NCBI GenBank assembly: GCA_965202985.1
Contig: CBDBCF010000001.1
Span: 672,001 to 736,000, forward strand
Length of the DNA stretch: 64,000 bases
Direction of reading: 5' to 3'
Source: Longimicrobiales bacterium
GTDB lineage: Bacteria; Gemmatimonadota; Gemmatimonadetes; Longimicrobiales; Gaopeijiaceae
The notes beneath the pieces were generated by a model. It was not told the origin of the DNA and made no database searches. It saw only the letters and a list, made by a program, of their open reading frames with translations. Position numbers and translations under genes: made by a program. This document shows, in pieces, positions 9,589 to 20,141 of the stretch. Every line of letters begins with the position of its first letter. Position 1 is the first letter of the stretch.

Positions 9589-12500
9589 CTACTCGAAGAC
9601 GATCCTGCCCGAGAGGCCGATGCGGCGTTCCGGAGGCTGGACGCCGCTGGCGACGTGCTCGCCGAACAGGTCCATCATCAAGCGCAGGCCGGGCGACCGG
9701 CTCCCGGAGGACTCGGTAAGTTGCCCCGTGGTCTCGCCGCCCAGCAACGACCAGCGGGTCCCCACGTTCACCCGATGGCCCGTCGGTCCCTCGCGGCTCC
9801 ACCGGCCGAACGGCTTGACCTGGGCACCGCCGGACAGCAGCACGCCGTAGCCGACCTCCATCGCCACGCGGTCGGGCGCCCAGCCCGGCGCGCCCGTGGC
9901 CGCCAGCACGCCGGAGCCTGCCGGGAGGCCCGGGCCTGCCTGCGAGCCGGCGGTCGAGCCGCCGTCAGCGCCCGACGCTCCCTGCGCCGACGGGTCGCCC
10001 TGGTTGTGAGCGAGTCCCGCGCCTGCTGGGACGTTCACGCCGACTGGCCGCACGGCGCCGACCGGCGCGCTGAAGCCGGCCGCGCCCGCGGTCCGCCACA
10101 CGTCCGCGCCCCCTTGCCACAGCGTCCGCGCGCCACCCCCGGCGTCGCCCCACGTCGGCTCGACCGAGAACGACAGCCCGCCCTCGCTCTCGCCCCCGCC
10201 GCCCGGCTGCAACCTCAGCGAGAACCCCGCGCCCCAGTCCTTGAAGTCGCGCTCCTGGTGCACCAGCAGCGCACGACCCCGCGCCGTCATGCTGAACCCG
10301 CTGGCTTGGTGCGCCAACCCCACCTCGGCGCCCGCCTCCGCGCCCATCCCCGTCTCCGCGTCGCCACCGTCGAAGCGACCCCCCACCTCGAACCGCGTCC
10401 GCATCGCCAGCCCGCCGCCCAACGACCACTGGCCGCCGATCTCCGGCGCCAGTCGCACGCGCTGCGCGTCCGCCGTCACGCCCGCCAGCCCCGTCACTTC
10501 GTCCGACAAGATGCGCACCGCGAAAGCGTCCGCCTTCAGCGCCAACCCGCCGGTCAGCTCCTGACGCACGCCCAGCGCGCCCATGCGCATCTCCAAGTCC
10601 GTGTCGAAACGGCCGCCCGCCGACTCATCGAGCGTCGCGTCGCCCCGGCCCGCGCCCGCCAAGCCCCACACCCCGAACCCGCCGCCGGACGACCAGTGCA
10701 GGTAGGGGTACAGGCTGGTCAGGCGAGCGTCGACCGATCCCGCGCCGTTGACGTCGCTGTCGAAGCCGGCCTCCATGTCGCTGCGCGAGCCCGCAAGGCC
10801 CATGAGGAACCCGGAGCCGAACCGGTAGTCCAGCCCCAGGTAGGCGGAGCGCGTGCGGCCGTCCATGGCGAAGCCGTCTCGGGGACGGCCCTCGAACTCG
10901 CCCAGGTTCGCCTGGCCCCACACCGTCCAGCCCGACCGGACAGCTTCGCTGGCTGCCGAGCCGGCCGAGCCGCCGAACGACAGCTGGAACGAACTCTGCG
11001 AGCGCAGGCCGCGGGCGTCGACGGGGTTGAACGTCAGGCCGCCCCGGTCGGCGCGAGCGCCGCGCTCGGCATCGGCTTGCTGTTGGCCCTGGTAGGAGCC
11101 GCCCATGCCGCCTGCGCCGCCCGCTGTCGGTTGACCGAATGCACCGCCCCGGCCGTCGCCGAACAGCAGCGCGGCCAAGTCGACAGTCCCGCCGGCCGCG
11201 TCCGGCGAGCCGGGGTGCGCGATCTGCAGCCCCAGCAGGCCCGTCGCGCCCCGCACCAGCGACTCGAGGCCGCAATGGCCCGAGCCGCCTGCATCGCCGT
11301 TGCCGCCACCTGCGGCCTGGCCCGAGCCGCCCGCGGCGGCATTGCCCTGGCCGTCGTCGGCTTGACCGTGCACTGCGTTCGCAACGTCGGCGAAGCCGCC
11401 GGCGCCGAATGCATCCGAGCCGCCCGTGCCGCAGGCCAGCGAGCGCCCGCCGAGCTGCACGTGCGACCGGCCCAGCGCGCCCGACGACCCCAGCCCCAAC
11501 CGCCCGCCGATCGCCTCCACCGTCTCCGTGCCCAGCGACCTGCCGAACGCCGCCAGCGTCAGCTCCAACGCACGCGCACGCTCCGACCGCGACGCCTCCA
11601 CCGTCACACGCACCTGCTGCTGAGCCGACAACCCGCCCGGATCGCTCGCGCGTACCGTCACCACAGCCTCGCCGATCGCCCGCGGCGCGATCGACAACCG
11701 GCCCGCGCCCGTCACCGTCGCAGCCGCCACGGCCGGCGACGACGATTCGACCGCGTACGCCAGCGCGTCGCCGTCCGGGTCCCGGAAGTACTGCCCCAAC
11801 TCCTCTTCCACCGCGGCGCCGTACGCCTCGAGCGTCTTCGGCGACATCGCGCCCACCGCCTCCGGACCCTCGTTCACGTCCAGCAACGTCACCGTCACGC
11901 CCGCCTCGGCCGTCAGTCCGCCCGCGTCCGTCGCCCGCACCGTCAGCGCGAACGTCGGCGGACCCGCCTCGTAGTCCTCGCCGCTCCCCACGTACCGCAC
12001 CTCGCCCGTCCGAGCGTCCACCTCGAACCGCGCGGCATCGCCTTCGGCCAAGCTGTACGCCGGCGCGTCGCCGCGGTCCGGGTCCGTCGCTTCGACCACG
12101 CCCAGCGTCAGCGGTCCGGCAGCGTTCTCCGCCAGCTCGAAAGCGTATGCGGAGTCCGCGAACGCCGGCGCCTCGTTCACGTCCACCAGCGCGACCGTCG
12201 CGGCGACCCGCGCCGCCAGTCCCTCGCCGTCGGTCGCCACCACCTCGAACTCCCAGGACGCCGGGCCCGCCTCGTAGTCCTCGCCCTCGCCCGCGTACCG
12301 CACCTCGCCCGTAACAGCGTCCACCTCGAAGAGCGCCGCGCCTTCGCCCGACAGGCTGTACACGAGCGTGTCCGCTCGGTCCGGGTCCGCAGCCTCGACC
12401 ATCCCCAGCACCAACGGTCCGGCGACGTTCTCCTCGAACTCCCACTCGTAGACCTCCGCAGCGAACACGGGCGCCTCGTTACGGTCCAGCAGCGCCACCG

Positions 12501-15500
12501 TCACCCGCGCAGACGCCGCGACGCCGCCGCGGTCCGTCGCACGGACCTCGAGCGCCCAGCTCTCCGGGCCCGTCTCCGCGTCCTCGCCTTCGCCCACGTA
12601 CCGCAACTCGCCCGTAACAGCGTCCACCTCGAACTGCTCGGCGGCGCCTTCGGCCAAGCTGTACGTCGGCGGGTCGTCCCGGTCCGGGTCCGTCGCCCGC
12701 ACCGCGCCCAGCACCAACGGTCCCGCAGCGTTCTCCGCCAGCTCGAACGCATATGCGCTGTCGACGAACGACGGCGCCTCGTTCACGTCCGCAACCATCA
12801 CCGTCGCCGTCGTCCGCGCCGTACGGCCCAGCAAGTCCGTCGCCGTCGCCTCCAAACGCCACATGCCTATGCTCGTCTCGTAGTCCTCGCCTCCGCCAAC
12901 ATACCGCAACTCGCCCGTGCCAGCGTCCAGCTCGAACCGGTCGGCGTCGCCCGCCACCAGCGCGTAAGTCAGGGTGTCGCCCTCGTCCAAGTCCACAGCC
13001 TCCATCACCCCCAGAACCAGCGGACCCGCAGCGTCCTCCGCCAGCTCGAACCGCCAACCGTCCTCGACGAACGACGGCGCCTCGTCGTTCTCGTTCACGA
13101 CCTTCACCGTCACCTTCGCCACCGTCTCGAGCTGCTCGCCCTCGCCCACGCCGTCCGTCACCGCCACCACCAGCATCACGTACTCCGAACGCTGCTCCGC
13201 GTCCTCGCCACCGCCAACGTAAGTCACCACGCCGCTCGACACGTCCACCTCGAACAGCCCCTCGCCTCCGCTCTCCAACCCGTAGCGCATCTCGGCGCCC
13301 AACGGACTCGTCGCAACCACCTCGCCCAGCGGCAGCGGGCCCGCAACGTTCTCCGCCAACTCGAACTCGTACTCCAACCGACCGAACACCGGGTCCAGGC
13401 TGCCCGCGCCGTTCACCGCGTGGTCCGCCAAGTCCGTCACCGCGTGCGCGCCCAGGTCCAGCGCCGCGAGCGTCGTGCCGCCCGCGATCCGCAGCGCGCC
13501 CGCCGACTCCGCCAGCGCGTCCGCCGGGATGCTGATCCCGTCCGGGTCCCGGTCCGCAGGACGGACCACGTACTCGAACGCCAGCACCGCAGTGCCCGAA
13601 CCCGACACGTAGACCGCGTGCCGCGTCGTCCCGCCCACGTCGATCGCCAACCGCGCCGCAGCCGTGTTCGCAGCCGTCGCGGCCGTCATCGACGCCGCCA
13701 GCGCCGGCGACGACGACGCGCCCGCCACATCGACCGGCCGGCTGAACGTCACCTCGACACGGATCACGCCGCCAGCGCCGTACAGTCCCGTCGCCACAGG
13801 CTCGCTCGTCACCGCCAAGCCCACCACCACCGGCGCGACCTCGACCGTACCGTCCACCTTGTCGGCAGCAGCAGCCGCAATCGCTTGGCCGCCCAGCGCC
13901 AGCGTCGCCGGACGAACGCCGTCCGCCGTGTTCACGATCGCACCGCCGTTCAGCGTCAACGCAGCAGCTGCAACGCCGACGCCGTCCGCGTCCGCGTCCA
14001 CCCCGCCCGTACCGCTGCCGCCGCTGCCCGCGCCCTGCACACGGTACGCGAACGACAACGTCGCCGTGCCGCTGCCGCCCGCGTAGCTCGCCTGACGCGC
14101 AACCGTCCCCACCGTCAGCGCCAGCTGCGGCGCGCCCGTCACCGTCACCGCACGGTCGAACGTGACCTGAACCTCGATCCGCTCGCCCAGCCCGTAGGTG
14201 TCCCCGCTCTCCGGCGCGCTCGACACCGCAACGCCGCTCACCGTCGCGCCCGCCAGCGTACCGTCCACCTTGTGGCCCGATGCCGCGCTCAACGCATGGC
14301 TGCCCAGCCCCAACGCCGCCGCCGTCGATCCGTCGCGGGCGTCCGCGATCGCGCCGCTGTTCAGCGCCAGCGCGCTCGCGCCGACCTCGATCCCGTCCGC
14401 GTCCGCGTCCGCAGCCACCACCGTGTAGCGGAACGTCAGCGCCCGCGTGCCCGTCCCGCTCGCGTAGTCCGCCTGCCGCGTCTGCGCACCCACCGTCAGC
14501 GCCACCCGAGGCGTGCCCGTCACCGTCACCCGACGGTTGAACGTCACCTGCACCTCGATCGACTCGTCGCGGCCGTACGTCGTCGCCACCGCAGGCGAAC
14601 TCGTCAGCGACACGCCCGACACCGCCGCCGCCGTGAAAGTACCGCCCGCAACCTTGTGGCCCGCGCTGTTCGTTACCGTGTGCGTCCCCAGCCCCAGAAC
14701 CGCGTCCACCGTCCCGCCCGCCACGTCGATCGTCCCGCCGTTCAGCGCCAACGCGCTCGCCGCGATGCTGATGCCGTCCGCGTCCGCGTCCGCAGTCACC
14801 ACCACGTAACGGAACACCAGCGACGCCGTGCCGCTGCCCGAAGCGTAGCCCGCCTGCTTCGTCGTGCTGCCGATCCCCAACGCCAGCTGCGGCGTGCCCG
14901 TCACGTCCACCGCCTTGTTGAACACCACCGTCGCAACCACCGTGTCGCCGCGCTCGAACGTGTCGCCGATCGGCGGCGACGCGATCGACACCGCGCTCAC
15001 GCCCGGCGGGCCCTGAGTGCCGTCCACCCGATGGCTGCCGCTGTTCGATATCGCATGGCCGCCCAACCCCAGGCTCGCAGCCTCGTTCGCGTCGCGAGCG
15101 TCCGCGATCGCGCCCCCGTTCAGCGACAACGCGCTCGCGCCGATGCTCAACCCGTTCGCGTCCGCGTCCGCTGCAACCACCGTGTAGGCGAACGACAGCA
15201 CGCGGCCGTCCGTCGTCGTCACGTACGACGCCTGCCGCGTCTGCGTACCGATCGTCAGCGCCAGCTCGGGCGAGCCCGTCACCGCCACGTTGCGGTTGAA
15301 CGTCACCTCGACACCGATCTCCTCGCTCAACCCGTACGTGCCCCCGCCCGCCGGACTGCTCGTTATCGTCACGCCCGACACCGACGCCGCCGTGAACGTA
15401 CCGCCCGCTACGCGCAGTGCGCCGTCGTCGCCGATCGCATGATGCTCCAGGCTCAGCAAGGCGTCCGTCGTACCGCCCGCAACGTCGATCGTACCGCCGT

Positions 15501-18500
15501 TCAACGCCAACGCGCTCGCGCCGATGCTCAACCCGTCCGCGTCCGCGTCCGCCGTCGCCACCACGTACCGGAACACCAACGCCGCCGTGCCCGTCCCCGA
15601 CGCATACGCAGCCTGACGCGTCTGCGAACCAATCCCCAGCGCCAGCCGCGGCCCGCCCGTCACGTCCACCGCCTTGTTGAATACAACCATCGCAACCACC
15701 GTGTCGCCGCGCTCGAACGTGCCGCCCGGCGCCGCCGCCACCGTCAACCCCGCGACACCCGGCGGACCCAGCCCGCCGTTCACCTTGTGCGAAGCGTCGT
15801 TCGTCACCGCGCTCGAACCCAGCCCCAGCGACGCGGCCGCAGCGCCCGGACGCACGTCGGCGATCGTCCCGCCGTTCAGCGTCAGCGCGCCCGCCGCGAT
15901 GCTCAACCCGTCCGCGTCCACGTCCGATGGTCGAACCGCGTAGCCGAACACCAGCGTGTCCGCCTTGCTCGAAGCCGACTCCCAGCTCGCCTGCCTGGTC
16001 GTAGTCCCGATCGTCAGCGCCAAGCGCGGCGCGCCCGTCACCGCCACCGGTCGCCCGAACGCCACCTTCACCTCGATCGACTCGCCCAACTGGTACGTCT
16101 GACCGCTCGCCGGAGCGCTCGATATCGTCACCGCAGTCACTGCCGGCACCGTGAACGTACTGCCAGACACCTTGTGGCCGCCGCTGTTCGTCACCACCAC
16201 GCCCGCGCCCAGCCCCAACGTCGCGTCCAGCGTCCCGCCAGCCAGACGGATCGTCCCGCCGCTCAACGTCAGCGCGCTCGCTGCGATGCTCAATCCGTCC
16301 GCATCCGCGTCGCCCGACGCCACCACGTACCGGAACACCAGCGACGTCGTGCCCGAACCGCTCGCGTAGCTCGCCTGCCTGGTCGCGCTCCCGATCGTCA
16401 GTGCGAGCCGCGGCGTGCCCGTCACGTCCACCGCGCGGTTGAACTCCAGCTCGACCTCGATCGTCTCGCCACGCTCGAACACGTCGCCCACCACGGGAGA
16501 ATCGATCGTCAGCGACGTCACCCCCGGCGGTCCCTGGCTCCCGTCCACCTTGTGCGCAGCAGCGTTCGATATCGCGTTCGAACCCAGTCCCAACGTCGCA
16601 GCCGTCGTGCCGCCCACCAGCACGATCGTCCCGCCGTTCAGCGTCAGCGCGCTCGCTGCGACGCCGATCCCCGTCGAATCCGCGTCCGCAGCAACCACCA
16701 CGTAGCGGAACACCAGCGTCCGCGTACCGCTCCCGCTCGCGTAGCTCGCCTGACGCGTCAGCGTGTCGATCGACAACGCCAGCTGCGGCGCCCCCGTCAC
16801 CGCCACCAAACGCTCGAACTCGACCTCCACCTCGATCGCCTCCGTGCGTCCGTACGTGCTGTCGCTCGCCGGCGCGCTCAATATCGCCACGCCGCTCACC
16901 GCCGGCGCCACCTCCTTCGTCCCGTCGACCTGGTACGCCACCGCGTCCGCGAAGTTCCACGGAACCAGCGACAGCCGAGCGTCCGTCGCCGTCCCCGTCG
17001 CTCGAATCGTCGCGCCGCCCGGCAACGTCAGAGCGTTCGCTCCGATGCTGATCCCCGTCGAGTCCGCGTCCGCCGCAACCACCGTGTAGCAGAACACCAA
17101 GATGTTGCCGCTCGTTACCGCGTCGCACTGCGCAGCGCTCCGCGTCTGCGCACCGATCCCCAAAGCCAGTCGCGGCGTGCCCGCCACCGTCACGCCCGTG
17201 TTGAACCCCACGCCCACCCGTATCTCGTCCCCAAGTCCGAACACGCTGTCCGTGCTCGCGTAAGAAATCCCGCTGTTCGTCGCCGACATGAAGAACACGC
17301 TCGTCACGTACGGCACGGCGCCCGAAACCTTGTGCGCCAAAGCGTTCGAAAACACGTGCGACCCCAACGCCAGGTCCGCCGCGTCCGACCGTTGCCGACT
17401 GTCGCCGATCGTGTCCGACGCGCTCACCGCCAAAGCGCCCGCGCCCACGCTGATCCCGTCCGCGTCCGCGTCCGTCGCCTGTACCACGTACCGGAACGTC
17501 ACACGCGTGAACGTCGCGTCCCTGCGGTTGTACTCCGCCTGACGCGTCGAGTCGCCGACCTCCAACGCCAGACGCGGCGTCCCCCCCACGTACACGCCCC
17601 GCACGAACTCCACCTCCACCTCGATCGCCTCGCCCCCCAAGTACGTGTCCCCAACCGCCGGACTGCTCGTTATCCTCAACCCCTTCACCACCGGCGCCGT
17701 CGCCGTGTTGCCCGCAACCTTGTGCGCCGCGCTGTTCGTTATCGCATGCGCGCCCAGACCCAACACCGCGTCCGTCGTCGTCCCCATCCGCCGAATCGTG
17801 GACCCGGACGGAGTCTCCAATGCGCTCGCGCCGATGCTGATCCCGTCCGCGTCCACTTGCTGCTGCGACACCGTGTACTCGAACTCCAACGACGTCGTGC
17901 CCGAACCCCTCCGGTACCACGCGTTACGCAAGCTCGACCCGACCCCGACACGCACCCGCGGCGTGCCCGTCACCGTCACCGCAGCGTTGAACTCCACCGT
18001 CACGACCACCACGTCGCCCAACTCGAACGTGCTGTCCGCCGGAGCATCGCCAATCGACACCCCCGTCACCACCGGACGGTCGCCCGCAACCTTGTGCGCC
18101 CCAGCGTTCGCGATCGCATGAGTGCCCAGTCCCAGCTCCGCCGTCACCGTCCCGCCCGCCTTGTTGATCGTCCCGCTGTTCAGCCCCAACGCGCTCGCTG
18201 CGATGCTCAACCCGTCCGCGTCCGCGTCCGTCGCTTGAACCACGTACCGGAACGTCAGCGAATCCGTCCCCGTCCCGCCCACGTAGCCCGCCTGCCGCGT
18301 CGCCGCTCCGATCCCCAACGCCACCTGCGGCGTCCCCACAACGTCCACCGCCTCGCTGAACTTCACCCACACCTCGATCCGGTGGCCCACCCCGTACGTG
18401 CTGTCCGAACCCGTCACGCTCGCCAAACCCGCGCCCGCCACCACCGGCACGCCCTGCAAACCATTCACCTTGTGCGCAGCAGCGTTCGACACCGCGTGCG

Positions 18501-20076
18501 CGCCCAGCGACAAGTCCGCCCGCTCCGTGCCCCCGACGCGCGTGATCGGAGTCGCGTAGTTGCTGAATGCGTTCGCCGGGATGCTGATCCCGTCCGCGTC
18601 CATGTCCGCACGCGTCACCGTGTATCGGAAGAACACGTCGTCCGCGTCCTTCGAGTACCAGCCCGCCGCCCGAACGTTGTCCCCGATCTCCAGGTTCAGC
18701 GTCATGTTGCCCAGAAAGTTCGGCGTCACCACCGCACGGTCGAACTGAACCCGCACGTTGACGTTGTCCCCCGCAGCGTACGTCGAGTCCGTCCCCGCTC
18801 CGCTCAAGAACGTCACCGCCGATATCCTCGGCACGATCAGCCCGCCGTTCACCTTGTGCGCACCAGCGTTCGTGACCGCGTGACTGCCGAGCGACAGCGT
18901 CGCGTCCACCGTCGTGCCCGCGTTCCTGATCGTCGCGCCGGACGGGACCGCCAGAGCGCTCGCGCCGATGCTGATCCCGTCCGTGTCTTCGTCCGCCGCC
19001 ACCACAGCGTACTCGAACACCAGCGAGTCCGTGCCCGTCCCGCTCGCGTAGTTCGCCTGCCTGGTCTGCGTGCCGATCCCTAAAGCCAGCTGCGGCGTGC
19101 CCGTCACGTCCACGTTCCCGCTGAACACCACCGCCACACGAATCCGCTCCGCCCGACCGTAAGTGCTGTCCGCAGCTACCGGCGTGCTCGCCACCGCCAC
19201 ACCGGTCACGGTAGCCGGTGGAATACCCACCACCTTGTGCGCCGCGGCGTTCGTGATCGCATGGCTGCCCAGACCCAGGATCGCGTTCTTCGTGCCGAGC
19301 CGGATCGTCCCGCCGTTCAGGGCCAGCGCGCTCGCGCCGATGCTGATCCCGTCCGCGTCCGAGTCCGCCGCCACCACCACGTACCGGAACACCAGCGACG
19401 CCGAACCCGTCCCGCTCGCGTAGTTCGCCTGCCGCGTCGAGTCGCCCACCGTCAACGCCAGCTGCGGCGTGCCCGTCACCGCCACCGTCGAGTCGAACGC
19501 CACCGTCACCGCAATCGTATCCCCAGTATCGTACGTGTTGTCGGCGCCCGCACTGCTGCTGATCGTCACACCCGTCACCTTGGGCAACCCCAGGGCGCCG
19601 TCCACCTTGTGCGCCGCCGCGTTCGTGATCGTATTGCCGCTCAGGCTAGCGTTAATAGTCAATCCAGATTGGAAGTTGTCAAGATCATTAGCCAGCGCGT
19701 TCGCGCCGATGCTGATCCCGTTCGCGTCCGCGTCCGTCGCCACCACGTGGTACCAAAACTCCAACCAGGTGAGCGGGAAACCACTGCGAGGCGGGTTTCC
19801 CGATGCGCAAGAAGCCCCAGCACAGGCGCTTCTGGTCGTCGCCCCGATCGTCAGGCCCAACGACGCTGTATTGTGGTTATGGCTCCAGTCGGCGCCGACG
19901 TTCAACCATATCCTTACCTTGATGGTGTCGCCCGCCACGTACGTGTTGTCCGCACCCGCCGAGCTGACGATCTTCAAGCTGTCCACGTTGCTTTGGGCGC
20001 TCAGCGGCGCCGGTGCCGCGATTCCGAACGCCGCCAGCAGGCCGAGGGCCGCGAGCGCGGTTCTGGCTACCGGCAT
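9589..20076 (-). CDS. Giant repeat-rich adhesin/autotransporter-like protein, copy 1 (3495 aa from ATG 20076; the RBS-preceded ATGs at 20138-20162 are out of frame across a poly-C tract)
   Basis: Signal peptide (MPVARTALAALGLLAAFG...LSAQ), 17 ~125-aa repeats (TY..G..I.V.V.F...V.VTGTPQLAL.IG..TRQA.YASG.GT..L.FRY.V...DAD.DGISI), 5 cadherin repeats (ELAEN, ATDPD, DVNEAPxF), one FRDPDGD domain, and a C-terminal region of amphipathic beta strands ending GRIVFE. Confidence 0.85.
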   Translation of the reverse strand: MPVARTALAALGLLAAFGIAAPAPLSAQSNVDSLKIVSSAGADNTYVAGDTIKVRIWLNVGADWSHNHNTASLGLTIGATTRSACAGASCASGNPPRSGFPLTWLEFWYHVVATDADANGISIGANALANDLDNFQSGLTINASLSGNTITNAAAHKVDGALGLPKVTGVTISSSAGADNTYDTGDTIAVTVAFDSTVAVTGTPQLALTVGDSTRQANYASGTGSASLVFRYVVVAADSDADGISIGASALALNGGTIRLGTKNAILGLGSHAITNAAAHKVVGIPPATVTGVAVASTPVAADSTYGRAERIRVAVVFSGNVDVTGTPQLALGIGTQTRQANYASGTGTDSLVFEYAVVAADEDTDGISIGASALAVPSGATIRNAGTTVDATLSLGSHAVTNAGAHKVNGGLIVPRISAVTFLSGAGTDSTYAAGDNVNVRVQFDRAVVTPNFLGNMTLNLEIGDNVRAAGWYSKDADDVFFRYTVTRADMDADGISIPANAFSNYATPITRVGGTERADLSLGAHAVSNAAAHKVNGLQGVPVVAGAGLASVTGSDSTYGVGHRIEVWVKFSEAVDVVGTPQVALGIGAATRQAGYVGGTGTDSLTFRYVVQATDADADGLSIAASALGLNSGTINKAGGTVTAELGLGTHAIANAGAHKVAGDRPVVTGVSIGDAPADSTFELGDVVVVTVEFNAAVTVTGTPRVRVGVGSSLRNAWYRRGSGTTSLEFEYTVSQQQVDADGISIGASALETPSGSTIRRMGTTTDAVLGLGAHAITNSAAHKVAGNTATAPVVKGLRITSSPAVGDTYLGGEAIEVEVEFVRGVYVGGTPRLALEVGDSTRQAEYNRRDATFTRVTFRYVVQATDADADGISVGAGALAVSASDTIGDSRQRSDAADLALGSHVFSNALAHKVSGAVPYVTSVFFMSATNSGISYASTDSVFGLGDEIRVGVGFNTGVTVAGTPRLALGIGAQTRSAAQCDAVTSGNILVFCYTVVAADADSTGISIGANALTLPGGATIRATGTATDARLSLVPWNFADAVAYQVDGTKEVAPAVSGVAILSAPASDSTYGRTEAIEVEVEFERLVAVTGAPQLALSIDTLTRQASYASGSGTRTLVFRYVVVAADADSTGIGVAASALTLNGGTIVLVGGTTAATLGLGSNAISNAAAHKVDGSQGPPGVTSLTIDSPVVGDVFERGETIEVELEFNRAVDVTGTPRLALTIGSATRQASYASGSGTTSLVFRYVVASGDADADGLSIAASALTLSGGTIRLAGGTLDATLGLGAGVVVTNSGGHKVSGSTFTVPAVTAVTISSAPASGQTYQLGESIEVKVAFGRPVAVTGAPRLALTIGTTTRQASWESASSKADTLVFGYAVRPSDVDADGLSIAAGALTLNGGTIADVRPGAAAASLGLGSSAVTNDASHKVNGGLGPPGVAGLTVAAAPGGTFERGDTVVAMVVFNKAVDVTGGPRLALGIGSQTRQAAYASGTGTAALVFRYVVATADADADGLSIGASALALNGGTIDVAGGTTDALLSLEHHAIGDDGALRVAGGTFTAASVSGVTITSSPAGGGTYGLSEEIGVEVTFNRNVAVTGSPELALTIGTQTRQASYVTTTDGRVLSFAYTVVAADADANGLSIGASALSLNGGAIADARDANEAASLGLGGHAISNSGSHRVDGTQGPPGVSAVSIASPPIGDTFERGDTVVATVVFNKAVDVTGTPQLALGIGSTTKQAGYASGSGTASLVFRYVVVTADADADGISIAASALALNGGTIDVAGGTVDAVLGLGTHTVTNSAGHKVAGGTFTAAAVSGVSLTSSPAVATTYGRDESIEVQVTFNRRVTVTGTPRVALTVGAQTRQADYASGTGTRALTFRYTVVAADADADGIEVGASALALNSGAIADARDGSTAAALGLGSHALSAASGHKVDGTLAGATVSGVAVSSAPESGDTYGLGERIEVQVTFDRAVTVTGAPQLALTVGTVARQASYAGGSGTATLSFAYRVQGAGSGGSGTGGVDADADGVGVAAAALTLNGGAIVNTADGVRPATLALGGQAIAAAAADKVDGTVEVAPVVVGLAVTSEPVATGLYGAGGVIRVEVTFSRPVDVAGASSSPALAASMTAATAANTAAARLAIDVGGTTRHAVYVSGSGTAVLAFEYVVRPADRDPDGISIPADALAESAGALRIAGGTTLAALDLGAHAVTDLADHAVNGAGSLDPVFGRLEYEFELAENVAGPLPLGEVVATSPLGAEMRYGLESGGEGLFEVDVSSGVVTYVGGGEDAEQRSEYVMLVVAVTDGVGEGEQLETVAKVTVKVVNENDEAPSFVEDGWRFELAEDAAGPLVLGVMEAVDLDEGDTLTYALVAGDADRFELDAGTGELRYVGGGEDYETSIGMWRLEATATDLLGRTARTTATVMVADVNEAPSFVDSAYAFELAENAAGPLVLGAVRATDPDRDDPPTYSLAEGAAEQFEVDAVTGELRYVGEGEDAETGPESWALEVRATDRGGVAASARVTVALLDRNEAPVFAAEVYEWEFEENVAGPLVLGMVEAADPDRADTLVYSLSGEGAALFEVDAVTGEVRYAGEGEDYEAGPASWEFEVVATDGEGLAARVAATVALVDVNEAPAFADSAYAFELAENAAGPLTLGVVEATDPDRGDAPAYSLAEGDAARFEVDARTGEVRYVGSGEDYEAGPPTFALTVRATDAGGLTAEAGVTVTLLDVNEGPEAVGAMSPKTLEAYGAAVEEELGQYFRDPDGDALAYAVESSSPAVAAATVTGAGRLSIAPRAIGEAVVTVRASDPGGLSAQQQVRVTVEASRSERARALELTLAAFGRSLGTETVEAIGGRLGLGSSGALGRSHVQLGGRSLACGTGGSDAFGAGGFADVANAVHGQADDGQGNAAAGGSGQAAGGGNGDAGGSGHCGLESLVRGATGLLGLQIAHPGSPDAAGGTVDLAALLFGDGRGGAFGQPTAGGAGGMGGSYQGQQQADAERGARADRGGLTFNPVDARGLRSQSSFQLSFGGSAGSAASEAVRSGWTVWGQANLGEFEGRPRDGFAMDGRTRSAYLGLDYRFGSGFLMGLAGSRSDMEAGFDSDVNGAGSVDARLTSLYPYLHWSSGGGFGVWGLAGAGRGDATLDESAGGRFDTDLEMRMGALGVRQELTGGLALKADAFAVRILSDEVTGLAGVTADAQRVRLAPEIGGQWSLGGGLAMRTRFEVGGRFDGGDAETGMGAEAGAEVGLAHQASGFSMTARGRALLVHQERDFKDWGAGFSLRLQPGGGGESEGGLSFSVEPTWGDAGGGARTLWQGGADVWRTAGAAGFSAPVGAVRPVGVNVPAGAGLAHNQGDPSAQGASGADGGSTAGSQAGPGLPAGSGVLAATGAPGWAPDRVAMEVGYGVLLSGGAQVKPFGRWSREGPTGHRVNVGTRWSLLGGETTGQLTESSGSRSPGLRLMMDLFGEHVASGVQPPERRIGLSGRIVFE
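11870..13400 (-). repeat. Five tandem cadherin-like repeats in copy 1
   Basis: Recurring ExAEN, DPD/DLD, EDYE and DxNEAPxF calcium-binding motifs at about 100-aa spacing; boundaries approximate. Confidence 0.85.
13400..19990 (-). repeat. 17 tandem ~125-135 aa beta-rich (probably Ig-like) repeats in copy 1
   Basis: Counted by the terminal HKVxG-type motif in the translation; boundaries approximate. Confidence 0.8.
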
Positions 20077-20116
20077 CGCGCGGACCCAGAACGCACGGGC
20101 CGGGCCGGTCGAAAAA

Positions 20117-20133
20117 GGGGGGGGGGGGGGGGG
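20117..20133 (-). repeat. Homopolymer tract G17 (+) / C17 (coding strand), candidate phase-variation site of copy 1
   Basis: Directly visible; lies between RBS-preceded ATGs (20162/20144/20138) and the signal-peptide ATG at 20076. Confidence 0.8.
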
Positions 20134-20141
20134 CTCATGTT

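Noticed and set aside
8689..19083. 3464-aa plus-strand ORF (and other long Arg-rich ORFs over copy 1)
   Set aside because: Antisense or off-frame shadow of the giant gene; low-complexity Arg/His/Ala sequence expected from biased high-GC codons.
19600..19990. Diversity-generating retroelement as the source of tip variation
   Set aside because: No reverse transcriptase or template/variable repeat pair seen in this window, and differences include indels; a trans-acting element elsewhere cannot be excluded.
13400..19990. CRISPR-like or non-coding repeat array
   Set aside because: The periodicity is degenerate ~380-bp protein-coding repeats, not identical short repeats with spacers.
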